From assembly GCA_965243135.1 (NCBI GenBank), contig OZ251539.1:5344001-5408000 (forward strand): 64,000 nt of DNA, read 5' to 3'. This document shows positions 30,380 to 41,000 of the stretch, one piece after another. This DNA is from Alphaproteobacteria bacterium (GTDB lineage Bacteria; Pseudomonadota; Alphaproteobacteria; MPNO01; UBA830). Numbering within the stretch: position 1 is the first letter of the stretch; each line of letters starts with the position of its first letter. The notes under the pieces are model-generated. The model had not been told where the DNA came from and did not search any database. It saw only the letters and a list, made by a program, of their open reading frames with translations. A program made the translations under genes and the position numbers.

Positions 30380-30493
30380 GGCGACGTTTCCCGACAGGTT
30401 CGATTCGGCGCGATAATGACGGTCGCAAGACGCAGATCAAGTGCGCGGAACGGGTCGGCCGAACTGCGCGCGCATTGCCTGCCGTCCGACGCG

Positions 30494-32389
30494 TTACGCG
30501 CCGTCCGAACGGCCCATCTCCAACAAAAATCGCGAAGGCGCCTTCGGCCGTCCCCGATATCGCCGCGCGCGCGACAGGATCAGGCGCTTTCTTGCGAGGG
30601 TCATCGCGACGAAGCAGCCTCGGCGTTCTTCTTCGATCTCGGGGCTGTCTTCGCCCTTCTTCACGCTATGCCATGACGGCAGGATCTCTTCCGCAAGTCC
30701 GATCAGGTAAACCGTATCGAACTCCTGACCCTTGGATCCGCGGATCGTCGTCAGCGATACAGTTCCCGGCGCCGGAATCGGTTCCTTGGAGTGCACCCGA
30801 AGCTCTTTCAGGAACCGATCCAGTGACGCGGACTCTTGCGTATCCCTGATTTCGCGCTCCGTCTTTCGCCATGCGTTCAGATCGTCCTTGAGATCGTCGT
30901 CGGGATCATTGCTGTCGAAATGCCTGAGTATTCGATCGATCGCCTCGGCAAACCTGACGCTTCCGCTTGCGAGATCCGCGACCGCTTCAACCGCTCCTGC
31001 GGCAGGTTGCGGCATCTCGGTCTCGCGAACGGCGTCCATCCACGCTTTCAAACAGGTAATCTCGGTGGATTCCGATCGCGACGCGATTTCGTCCCAGTCC
31101 AGCGGGGAAGGCGCGAAACTGTCGAACGCTTCGACCAACGCGGCCATGTTGCGCAGGTTCAGCGGCCGGTCGATTTGCTTCAAAGAAGCGACCAGCCAGC
31201 GCATCTGAGGCGAAGCGAAATCGTCGCGCCGCATCGCGACGGGAACGTCTTCGGCCGCGAGGGCTTCTTGCATCGCTTCCAGAAGGGATCGGTTTCCGGC
31301 GAGCACGGCAGTCCGGCCGCGAGCTGCGCCATCCAGGAGCGCGATCTCGCTGGCAATGCCGACGGCCTCCTCTCTGTCCGTATCGAACTCCCGGCATCGA
31401 ATCCGCTCGTCGTCCGAAGGCGGCGAGGTTTCCGGCGCCGGCGTAGCGGCTTGCTTCGACGCTGCGCGGCGGGAGTTGTACGCGACGAGACCTTTTGCGG
31501 CCTCGACGATGCGCGGCGGACAGCGGAAATTCGTCGGCAGCTGCACTACGTCGCAGGAGAAGTCCCTCGCCAGCTCGCCGATTCTGCGAACGTTCGCCCC
31601 GTTCCACTCGAAAATCGTCCGGCGGTCGTCGGCAACGGCGAAAACTTCGCGAAATCCCTGACCGGCCATTCGTCGCAAGAGCGCGTATCGAGCGTAGTCG
31701 GCGTTTTGAAATTCGCCGAGCATCCAATACCGATGCGTTTTCTGGTAGTGGCGAGCCATGGCCGGATAGGCGAACAACCGGTACGCATCCAGAACGAGCG
31801 AATTGAAGTCCAATGCATTGATGCGCCGAAGTTCTTCTTCATATAGACGATAGGCGCGCGCGATGCGTCCCGCCGAGCCGTTCGTCTCTTCAAGATGCCG
31901 TTCCGCCTTGTCAGGCTCCACGAGCCGGGTCTTCAGGCGATCGATCAAAGGCAGGAGGCGAAAGTCCTCTTCGCCCCAACCTTGCCCGCGGTCGCGGCTG
32001 AGCGCGTCCTCCAGCACCGCCTGTCGATCCTCGGTCCGCGAATGGATCTCGAAGTCCGGCTTGATTCCCAGATGCACGCCGTGCTGGCGGAGGACTTGCG
32101 CGCAAAACGCATGGAAGGTTCCGATGTCGGCGCGCCCTTCGAGATCGGGGACGAGGGCAGCCACGCGGGTCGCTATCTCGTTCGCCGCCTTGTTGGTGAA
32201 CGTCAAGGCGAGAATGCGGAAGCGTCGATCCCGGGATGAATCGAGGAGGCGAGCGATTCGGCAGGTAATCACCCGTGTCTTGCCTGAGCCGGGTCCGGCC
32301 AAAACGAGCAAGGCGCCGTCATTCCAATCGACCGCTTGACGCTGAGTGTCGGTCAGTTCCCGAAGGAGCGCTTCAAGTGAATTGTCCAT
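30494..32389 (-). CDS. UvrD/Rep SF1 helicase (accessory, GajB-like) with degenerate catalytic motifs
   Basis: AGPGSGKT, LTFTNKAA, GTFHAF and NFRCP are intact; motifs II, V and VI are altered (LGEFQN, TIRGSKG, VAMTLA). Confidence 0.88.
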   Translation of the reverse strand: MDNSLEALLRELTDTQRQAVDWNDGALLVLAGPGSGKTRVITCRIARLLDSSRDRRFRILALTFTNKAANEIATRVAALVPDLEGRADIGTFHAFCAQVLRQHGVHLGIKPDFEIHSRTEDRQAVLEDALSRDRGQGWGEEDFRLLPLIDRLKTRLVEPDKAERHLEETNGSAGRIARAYRLYEEELRRINALDFNSLVLDAYRLFAYPAMARHYQKTHRYWMLGEFQNADYARYALLRRMAGQGFREVFAVADDRRTIFEWNGANVRRIGELARDFSCDVVQLPTNFRCPPRIVEAAKGLVAYNSRRAASKQAATPAPETSPPSDDERIRCREFDTDREEAVGIASEIALLDGAARGRTAVLAGNRSLLEAMQEALAAEDVPVAMRRDDFASPQMRWLVASLKQIDRPLNLRNMAALVEAFDSFAPSPLDWDEIASRSESTEITCLKAWMDAVRETEMPQPAAGAVEAVADLASGSVRFAEAIDRILRHFDSNDPDDDLKDDLNAWRKTEREIRDTQESASLDRFLKELRVHSKEPIPAPGTVSLTTIRGSKGQEFDTVYLIGLAEEILPSWHSVKKGEDSPEIEEERRGCFVAMTLARKRLILSRARRYRGRPKAPSRFLLEMGRSDGA

Positions 32390-32880
32390 CACGTCAACCC
32401 AGGTAACTGCTCGATTGCCGCCTGGAAATCCGCCAGCGCGCGGTCTACCAAATTGCGGCCGGTGCGAAGACGGGCGTCCAGCGCTGCGGCATAGTCGGTT
32501 TTGTCGTTGTGTCTTGCCAAAGCTTCGTTGAATCGACTCGAAATTCCAGCTCTTGGGGACGGTCCAGAAGCGGCCGAACCGTAAACGCCCCTTTCCTTCG
32601 CGAGCGCCAAGATAACCCGTGTACCCGTGATCTCGAGTCCTGCCGCATTGGCGTGCGTTACGGTCATCCAACGCAAGCAGACGATCCGGCGTCCCGAGAT
32701 CTAAAACCTCTTTTTCCCCGTCGCCCAAGCTCGTAACGAGAGGCAGCGGCGTACGATCCCGAACAGGACGCACCCTTCCGACAACTCCGGCAAGCGGACG
32801 TCATGTCTTCCGCCTTCGGCCAATTCCGCCGCCACGGCCGGCGGCGTCTGCGCCGAACGGAGTTGGCAGGAAGCAAGTCT
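32389..32880 (-). pseudogene. DUF3368 PIN toxin fragments fused to the C-terminal remnant of the helicase's former upstream partner
   Basis: SLGDGEKEVL..LALDDRNAR and GLEITGTRVILALAKERG lie in different frames. The final peptide DKTDYAAALD..QLPGLT* ends with TGATG overlapping the helicase start. Confidence 0.65.
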
Positions 32881-33157
32881 ATTGCGACGGGGACGCGTGA
32901 CGTCGCGCACTGGCCACGTCGCCCTGGAGTTCATTTTCCGACATATCGAACGTATCGATGCCGTAGGTCGCCAACTTGGTCAAGAACAGCGGTTTGGGCA
33001 AGTTCGCCAACTCGGCCGCCGCGCCAGTGGACAACCTTCCCATCTCACAGAGCTTGACCGCGATGAGAGTCCTGGCCTCCTCGCTGAATTCATCCGGGGT
33101 CATGCCCAAGGCCAGCAAGACTTCATCGCCGTAGTCGATGGTCAATGATCTCGTCAT
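32879..33157 (-). CDS. UPF0175 family antitoxin
   Basis: EARTLIAVKLCEMGRLSTGAAAELA..FLTKLATYGI. Confidence 0.85.
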   Translation of the reverse strand: MTRSLTIDYGDEVLLALGMTPDEFSEEARTLIAVKLCEMGRLSTGAAAELANLPKPLFLTKLATYGIDTFDMSENELQGDVASARRHASPSQ

Positions 33158-33525
33158 TCGCACTGGTCCTTCCACGGTCCGGTCAGGGCGTTGCGGCAGA
33201 GCCCGGTCGGCCCGGCCACGACGGCCCTGATGCCCTCGGGGAGGGGCTTGGCGAACCGGCCCCTCTTCTCGCGTTTGTAGTCTCGCTTGAAGAGCGCAGT
33301 TCGCCTAATCGTCCGCCTCAACTCGTCCATGCCGACCAATTCACCGCGTCGGGCGGCTTTCATGGCTTCGATCGTCTCGTCGTTGGGCACCATGGGTTCG
33401 AACGGTAGCCGTCTCTCGGCGGCGATTCGCACCATCAAAGGCGTCGGATACCGTGAACGCACTCAGCACGGCGGTGGCGTGTTCCTTGGTCTTCTCGTCG
33501 AGGCGTGCGCCAACGATAGCGATCA
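33154..33525 (-). pseudogene. Degraded, fused DinJ/RelB-YafQ toxin-antitoxin pair
   Basis: ARLDEKTKEHATAVL, RIAAERRLPFEP.VPNDETIEAM, RTIRRTALFKRDYKREKRG and ALTGPWKD. Confidence 0.75.
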
Positions 33526-33815
33526 GCCCCTTCACGATCCAAGCTACATTGTAGCCCGGATCGCGAACCTTGAGTTCACACCGTCGGCGACGGAGCGCCA
33601 GCTGCGGACTGATACATCCTCCGAGGTCCGCCCGACGGGGCGTAGGCCCTTCATGCAGCGATCCTCTCGGACCGAACGTCCTTGCGCATCTTCCGGCGTC
33701 GACTCGCCTCCGGAGACCACGGCCGCGACAAGAGAACGCGCACTGCACGCGGACTGCGCACCCGGCGCGGCGCAGAGGTGATAGACTGCCCCGTCAATCT
33801 GGAACGGAGAACGAC

Positions 33816-35507
33816 ATGAACGACCCGGCCCCCTCGGTCCACCCGGAACTCGCGCGTCACCAGCAGGCCATGACGCCCCGCGTCTATACGTTGCGGGATC
33901 GCATCCACTCCGCGTTCGGATACGCGATCGTCAACTGCACCCTCGTCGAAGGGGAGGACGCCTGCATTCTGGTCGACACCATGACCGGCATGGACAACGC
34001 CGAGGTCGTGGCGGCCGAATTCCGGAAGATCACCGACAAGCCGATAAAGACGGTGATCTACACGCATTTCCATGCGGACCACGTCAGCGGGGCCGAGGCC
34101 TTCGTCTCCAGATCGGACGTCGAGTCGGGCGCGGTCGAGGTCGTCGGCCAAAAGGGCCTCGTCGACAACATCGCGCGGGACGTGGGATTGATCGCGCCCA
34201 TTCTCGGGCGCCGCGCCATGTATCAGTTCGGGATGAGGCTGCCGCTCGGCGACGAGGGCACGGTCGGCGCCGGGCTGGGGCCGCCGCAGCGCCCCGGAAG
34301 GCGCTCGTTCGTCGCGCCGACCAGGACGTTCGAGACTTCGTTGCGGGGCGAAACCGGCGGCGTCCGCTACGAAATCCATCTCATTCCGTCCGAGACGGAG
34401 GACCAGTGCGCCGTATGGCTGCCCGACGAGCGGGTGCTGCTCTCCGCCGACGCGGTTTACGAATCCTTTCCCAACGTCTACGCCCTGCGCGGCACGCGTT
34501 TCCGGAATCCCATGGTCTGGGCCGAGGGAATCGACCGGCTGCGGACGTTCGGCGCCGAAATCCTGATTCCGCATCATGGACGTCCGGTCGAGGGCGCGGA
34601 GCGGATCGACGAACTGCTGGTCGACTACCGGGACGCGATCCAGTTCGTCCACGACCAGACTCTTCGCTACATGAACAAGGGCTATGCGCCGGACGAGATC
34701 GCCGAGATCGTGGTCATGCCCGAACGGCTCCGGGATCATCCCTGGCTGGGCGAGTTCTACGGTTCGTACAAGCACGCCGTTCCGGCGATTTACGCGGGCT
34801 ATCTCGGGTGGTTCCAGGGCGACCCCGTGACGCTCGATCCGACGCCCCGGAACGACCGCGCCGACCGCTACGTAACCTTGATGGGCGGCCGGGACCGGCT
34901 GCTGGGCGAAGCGCAAGACGCCGTGGAGAAGGGGGACGTCCAGTGGGCGGCCGAACTCCTGACCTTGCTGGTGCGCGCCGACGGCGGGGATTCCGAGGCG
35001 CGCGCCCTGAAGGCCCGCGCCCTGCGCCAATGGGCCTACGGGCAGAAGAACGCGACGTGGCGCAACTGGGGCCTGACGGCGGCGCTCGAACTCGAGGGGA
35101 AACTGGACATGGCGGCGGGCGGCATGGTTTTGGGATCGCCCGAGCAGGTGCGCGGTTTTCCCATGGCCGTGATCATGCGCGTCATGACCGTGCGTCTCGT
35201 CGCGGAAGCCTGCCGGGACTCCAACCTGACGGTTGCGTTCACGGCCACCGATTCGGGCGAGTCCTGCGCTCTCGAAATCCGCCGGGGCGTCTGCCAGTTC
35301 CATGATTCGCCGCCCGCCCGGCGCGACGCCGGGTTGCGCTTCGAGCGCTCCTTTTTGCTCCAGTGGGTGTTCGGCCGGACGACGTTCGAGGACGCGCTCG
35401 CGTCCGGCGCCGTGACGGTCGACGGCGAGGTCGGGACGGTCACGGAGTTTCTCGGGAAATTCGAGCCGTTCAACCAGGTCGGCGACGTCAGGATCGCGGC
35501 GCGTTGA
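33816..35507 (+). CDS. Alkyl/aryl sulfatase (SdsA1/BDS1 family, MBL fold plus SCP2)
   Basis: YTHFHADH, FPNVYALRGTRFR, EFYGS and YLGWFQGDP. Confidence 0.9.
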   Translation: MNDPAPSVHPELARHQQAMTPRVYTLRDRIHSAFGYAIVNCTLVEGEDACILVDTMTGMDNAEVVAAEFRKITDKPIKTVIYTHFHADHVSGAEAFVSRSDVESGAVEVVGQKGLVDNIARDVGLIAPILGRRAMYQFGMRLPLGDEGTVGAGLGPPQRPGRRSFVAPTRTFETSLRGETGGVRYEIHLIPSETEDQCAVWLPDERVLLSADAVYESFPNVYALRGTRFRNPMVWAEGIDRLRTFGAEILIPHHGRPVEGAERIDELLVDYRDAIQFVHDQTLRYMNKGYAPDEIAEIVVMPERLRDHPWLGEFYGSYKHAVPAIYAGYLGWFQGDPVTLDPTPRNDRADRYVTLMGGRDRLLGEAQDAVEKGDVQWAAELLTLLVRADGGDSEARALKARALRQWAYGQKNATWRNWGLTAALELEGKLDMAAGGMVLGSPEQVRGFPMAVIMRVMTVRLVAEACRDSNLTVAFTATDSGESCALEIRRGVCQFHDSPPARRDAGLRFERSFLLQWVFGRTTFEDALASGAVTVDGEVGTVTEFLGKFEPFNQVGDVRIAAR

Positions 35508-35638
35508 ACGCTGTCCGACGCGGGCGGACGACGCCCGTTCTGTTTTCCGGGCGCTTCGGGCGGTATACGTTGCCCCGCCGGCCGAGGCCGCGCGGCCGCT
35601 TTCCGTCGGTCGCCTGAGGACCGGGAAGGGAGACGGCC

Positions 35639-36673
35639 ATGGAATCGATCAACGTCGGCGTTATCGGAGCGGGCTGGTGCGGCGGCATCCGGGCGGAGAG
35701 CGGCGCCGCGCATCCGCTGGTGGACCGGCTGCACATCGCGGAAATCAGGCCGGACAGGCTGGCCGAGATCGCGGACAAGACTTCGGCCGCCTCCGCCGTC
35801 GAGGATTACGCCCGGCTGCTGGAGAACGACGACATTCACGCCTTCATGATTTCGGCGACGCCGGAGAGCACGCACTACCCGATCGCGAAGGCCTGTCTCG
35901 AGGCCGGCCGCCACGTCCTCCTCGAAAAACCAATCGCGCTCACCCTCGAGGAAGCGGACGAGCTCATCGCCCTCGCGCGCGACGGGAACCTCAAGTTCAC
36001 CATCGGCTATTCGCAGCGTTTCAACCACAAGTTCGCCTACGTCAAGCAATGCCTGGAAGACGGTACGATCGGCAAGCCGGTCAGCGCGCTCGTCAGCCGC
36101 AACGTCACGCGCAGCCTCGGCAACAAGATCACGGGGCGGACCCGCCTGTCGCCGGCGGCGATGGAGTCGACCCACGACCTCGACTTCGTTCTGTGGTGCC
36201 TCGAGCCGGCGCGCCCGGCGCGGGTCTATTCGCAGCTCGCCTACGGAGCGATGAAGGAAGTCAACGGCGCTCCCGACATACAATGGATAATGGTGACGAT
36301 GGACAACGGAGCGGTCGTCACCGTCGGCGGCGGATGGAGCCTGCCTCCCGCCGCGCCGAATCATTCGCAGACCTGGATCGAGATCCTCGGGACCGAAGGC
36401 GCCCTCGTCGTCGACGACACGCACCGCGACGTCACCCTCTCGAGGATGGGGCAAGGCGCCGTCAACCCGATGTCTTCGATGCCGGGAGAGCAGGTGGGGC
36501 ACGTCTTCGCCGGCGCGATGGCGGGCGAGACGCGGCATTTCATCGAGGCGGTGGCGCTGGACCGGCCGGTCATGGCGACGCCGGAACAGGCGCGGCGCGT
36601 GATGGAGGTCTATATCGCGGCCGATCTTTCGGCCGACCGCGGCGACCCCGTGACCCTGCCGCAGAACCGGTAG
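35639..36673 (+). CDS. Gfo/Idh/MocA oxidoreductase
   Basis: GVIGAGWCG, LEKPIA and HDLD. Confidence 0.92.
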   Translation: MESINVGVIGAGWCGGIRAESGAAHPLVDRLHIAEIRPDRLAEIADKTSAASAVEDYARLLENDDIHAFMISATPESTHYPIAKACLEAGRHVLLEKPIALTLEEADELIALARDGNLKFTIGYSQRFNHKFAYVKQCLEDGTIGKPVSALVSRNVTRSLGNKITGRTRLSPAAMESTHDLDFVLWCLEPARPARVYSQLAYGAMKEVNGAPDIQWIMVTMDNGAVVTVGGGWSLPPAAPNHSQTWIEILGTEGALVVDDTHRDVTLSRMGQGAVNPMSSMPGEQVGHVFAGAMAGETRHFIEAVALDRPVMATPEQARRVMEVYIAADLSADRGDPVTLPQNR

Positions 36674-36674
36674 C

Positions 36675-37586
36675 ATGATCCGCTTCGGCGGCTATCAGCC
36701 CCCGGAATCCGTTCACAGCCGGGCGGCGGCGGCCTTCGGCGACGCGGTTCGCAGCCGGCTTGGCGACGCGCTGCCGTTCGACCTCGAAGGCAACGTCATG
36801 GATGCCGACCGCAACGCGGCCGACCTTCTCGGCATGGTCGAGAGCGGCGAGAAGACCATGTGCTATTTCTCGTCGAGCTATCTCGCCGGGCGGGTTCCGG
36901 AGTTCGCGCTTCTCGACCTTCCGTTCGTCGTCGACGACCGCGCCGCGGCGTACGCCGCGCTCGACGGAGCGCTCGGCTCGCTGCTTGCCGAACGGCTTGA
37001 AAGGTCCTCCTCGTACCGCCTGCTGGGTTTCTGGGACAACGGCTTCCGCCATTTGTCGAACCGCGTTCGGCCGCTGCGCACGCCCGAGGACTGCGCTGGC
37101 CTGGTCATCCGGACGCTGTTCAGCGATCTGCATCGAGATACGTTCCGGCATCTGGGTTTCCGTCCTCGGGCGCTCGACGTGAAGGATTTGCTCGAAGCGG
37201 TCCGTGGCGGGACGGTCGACGCGCAGGACAATTCCCTGACCAACATCTGGAATTTCCGCATTTGCGATCACCATCCCCACGTCACGCTGACCGGACATTT
37301 TTTCGGCGCGGCCGCAGTGCTGTGCCATGCGCCGAGTTTCGAGATCTGGTCCGGGGAAGCGCGCGCGGCCGTCGTCGACTGCGTTCGCGAAGCGACGGAG
37401 TTGCAGCGCCGGCTCGCCGCAGCGGAGGACCGCGACGCCCGCGCGAAGCTCGAGCGCGCCGGCGCGAGGATCGTCGAGCCGTCCCGGGAAGAGCGCCGCG
37501 CTTTCATGGATGCGGTTCGCCCGGTGATCGAAACTCAGCGAGAGCGGTTCGGCGAGGAGTTGTTCGCGTGGGGGAGCGCTTTCTGA
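36675..37586 (+). CDS. TRAP DctP-family solute-binding protein (no evident signal peptide)
   Basis: LDLPF, WDNGFRH, GLVIRT and VDAQDN. Confidence 0.87.
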   Translation: MIRFGGYQPPESVHSRAAAAFGDAVRSRLGDALPFDLEGNVMDADRNAADLLGMVESGEKTMCYFSSSYLAGRVPEFALLDLPFVVDDRAAAYAALDGALGSLLAERLERSSSYRLLGFWDNGFRHLSNRVRPLRTPEDCAGLVIRTLFSDLHRDTFRHLGFRPRALDVKDLLEAVRGGTVDAQDNSLTNIWNFRICDHHPHVTLTGHFFGAAAVLCHAPSFEIWSGEARAAVVDCVREATELQRRLAAAEDRDARAKLERAGARIVEPSREERRAFMDAVRPVIETQRERFGEELFAWGSAF

Positions 37587-37689
37587 GGCGCCGGTCTGAC
37601 CCTGGACGCGTTTCCGAATTCCTGCGATGAGTTGCCGGAAGGGTCGCGACAGGGCGGCTTGCCGCGCGCCGTTCGCGCGGCAATGGCCG

Positions 37690-38049
37690 CTCAGGGACGC
37701 CGTCGACTTCTGCCGGCTGCAAGAACCGGAACGCGGACCGGCCGGCGGTTTCGGATACCGGCGCCGACAGAGCGAGAAGGGCGAGGAAGTGGATGGCGTC
37801 ATGCTTGGTATCACTCTTGAATCGACCGCCAACGACAAGCCGGCGAAGGAGGAAGCGCTCGTCGACAAGCCGGAGAACGGCGCGGTCGCGGAAACGCTTG
37901 CGTTCGAGGCTGCGTGCGATGCCTACGCCGAAAGATGCGGTCATCTCTACGTGACCGGGTTCGCCGTCCAGCCAGATGGTCGGCGCCAGATCGAGAATTG
38001 CGAACGGATGGTCGTCAAGCCTCTGTCGGAGCGGGAGGCCGGGAGGTGA
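37690..38049 (+). pseudogene. Probable remnant of a site-specific DNA methyltransferase
   Basis: PENGAVAETLAFEAA..HLYVTGFAVQP and AVDFC resemble recalled Mod-type adenine MTase segments; stop overlaps the next GTG. Recall only. Confidence 0.45.
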
Positions 38050-41000
38050 TCCATACGATCCGCATCCGCGGCTTCAAGCGCTTTCGGGACGTAGAGTTCC
38101 GTCTGCCCGGCCATGTCGTGTTGACCGGCCCCAACGATGCCGGCAAGACGACGGTGCTCCAGGCGGTCGCGTCGTGGGCGTTGGCTCTCCGGCGGTGGCG
38201 CGAACTCAACGATTTCAACAAGCGCCGGGGATATGTCCGCGCTCCGATCACCCGGCAGGCGTTCACGGCGGTGCCGCTGCGGAACTTCGACCTGCTCTGG
38301 ACGGATCGAAGGTACCGGAAGCGGATCGAGATCGAGATCCGGCATGCTGACGGCTGGGCGGTGACGATGGAGTTCATCCCCGACAGCACCGAGCACATCT
38401 ACGTCCGGCCCACGGCCGACGCCCCGGCGGATATGCTGAGGGATCTCGATTTTCGAACGGTGTTCGTGCCGCCGATGACCGGGCTGGCGGTCGACGAGCC
38501 GCTCTTCCATACGCCGAAGATCGAGCATCTCCTGGGTCAGGGCCGGCCCGGCGAGGTCTTGCGCAACCTGCTCGCGGAAGCGAAACTTGACGAAGCGGCG
38601 TGGGAGCGAACTCGGGCATCCATCGAGAAGCTGTTCGGTTACGAAATTCTGCCTCCCGATGCCTACGGGGCGCATATCCTCGCGGAATACCGGAAGGCGG
38701 GCGCAACGGGTCCTCGTTTCGACGTCGCCGGCGCAGGCAGCGGGTTTCAGCAAGTGTCCATGCTGTTCGCGTTTCTCAACACGCGACCGGGCTCGGTGCT
38801 GCTTCTGGACGAGCCGGACGCGCATCTGAACGTCGTTCTGCAGGGCGCCGTCTATCACGAACTGCGGACGGCGGCCGCCCTGCAGCGGTCGCAACTCATC
38901 GTCGCGACGAATTCCGAGGCGGTCATAGACGCGGCGGACCCTCGCGAGATCTACGTCGTGCTCGACGAGCCGCGAAGAATCGCCGACGACGCCGAGAGAA
39001 GCCGCCTCGTTTCCTCGCGTCGCGGGTTGAGCAACACGGACGCGATGCGGGCATTGGCAGTTCGCGGCGTTCTTTACGTGAAGGATTGCACCGACATCGG
39101 CATCCTGCGCGCCTGGGCCGCCGCGCTCGGCCATCGGGGCGACAGGTTGTTGACGATCGAGGCGATGTGGGCGCAGGCGGACTTCCAGGGCCGGGAGGGC
39201 GGTTCCGGAGTCGGGGCTCGGGAGCATTTCGAGGCGCTGCGGCTTGTGCGCGACGATCTTCCCGGCCTCGAGCTCGTCGACGGCGACTCGCGCCTCGATA
39301 TTCCGGGCGGCGCATGCGCAGGCTTGCAACGGCTTCGCTGGCGGCGCTACGAGATCGAGAGCTATCTGCTCCATCCCGACGCCCTCGCGCGTTTCGCGGA
39401 GGCGGAGGTCGGCTCGGATGCCGCCGGTCCGCGCATCGAAGACATGAGGGCCTGTTGGGAGGACGAATTCCCTCCGGCCGTGGCGCGGGATCCGCTGACG
39501 GACCATGAGTACCTCAACGTTACCGAGGCCCGAACGCGGCTCCTGCCTCGGTCTGCCCTGTCATCACAAATCCCCTTCTGGACTGAGCAGGGGATGCGAC
39601 CGTCCCGATTTCTTGATTTCCGCCAGATCCTCGTATGCCTGACAATAGCCGGAGAGATAGGAGTAACCCTGCCAGATTTTGGCCGGGCGGCGGGTCGTGC
39701 TTGCGGTTGCGGTAGCCGGCCATGATGGCGACGATCAGCACCGCCGCTTTGAGCGTCCTCGGCTTCGGCGTTCTCGGCAGTTTCGTCGCGTAGTCTGACG
39801 AGCAGTTCCATGTCCGAGAACATGAGCTCGGCGGGGACGTCCGGCGTCTCGCGCGCCAGCAGCGCCATCAGCATGACGCGCCATGCGATGACTGCGTTGA
39901 TCGCAATCACGCGTTCGAGGCGCGCTGCGGTGCGGTGGCCCGTTTCTTCGACCTTGCACCCGGACTTCAGCGTGCGATGCCAGTCTTCGATGCGCCACCT
40001 CAGGGCGTACCAACCCACGACCCGCATGGCGTCTTCGACGGACGAAACGGCGACCGTGGTGAGCAGGAACCATTCGACCGGTTTGGCCCCTTCCGGCGGC
40101 TTCGGCTCGCTGATGTGAACGACCTGAACGGGAAGCGGCGCGGTTCCGCCCGACGTCGGCGGCAGGGAGACGGTCCGATAGCGGATCTCCATATCGGCGA
40201 CGCGTTCCTTGCGCCCGTTCGTCGCCTTGCGTTTGCTGATCTTGGGCCGCTGGCTCAGGCGCGAGACCGTAAGTTTCCGGTGCCCTTGAACCGGCGCGGC
40301 GCGGACGCTGTCGAACAGCTTCTCCGTTTTCGACAACTTCCGGCTATGCTTGGCGCGCACCAGAATGTCGATATTGCCGAGACGCCGCTGCTCGGCGAAC
40401 ATTTCGAAGAAGTCCGCTTCCCGGTCCATCACGCTGACCAGTTGCGTACCTTCGAGCCGCCGGGCCGCCTCGGCGCATTCGCGCAGCCCTCGCAGCCACC
40501 GCGCCGACTTGCGTTCTTCCGGCAGCTTGTCCTTGCCCGGCCGAGGCGCGTCGAACTCGAGCTTCAGCAGACCCAGCGGCAGGCCGGCATCGTCCACCGC
40601 CATCGTCGTGTGCAGATGAAGCCCGGCGGTCTTGGCGCTGTATGCCCAATTACGCCCAGATCGTCGCACTGCGCACGCGTGGCGAAGTTCAGGTCGGTGC
40701 CGTCCTGAAGGCACAGAACCGTATTCCGGGTCCGCATTCGCCCGAGCGTGCGCTCCTTGTGCGGCGTCAGAATGTTTTCCGGCGTGACCGCCCCCGGCTC
40801 GTCTCGCGGACGGCAGGCGGTAAAACCCCGTCACTGCCGCCATGTTCCCGCCCGCCGCCACCGAGAAGGGAGCGCGCGGCTCCTCCGCCTGGACATGGGC
40901 GCTGTCGACCAGGCGCTTCGCCAGACGCTTGTCTCCCAACGGCGCACCTCCAAACTCATTCTCGGCCCAGCACTCGCGCGACAACCCCTCGCCGACCGGC

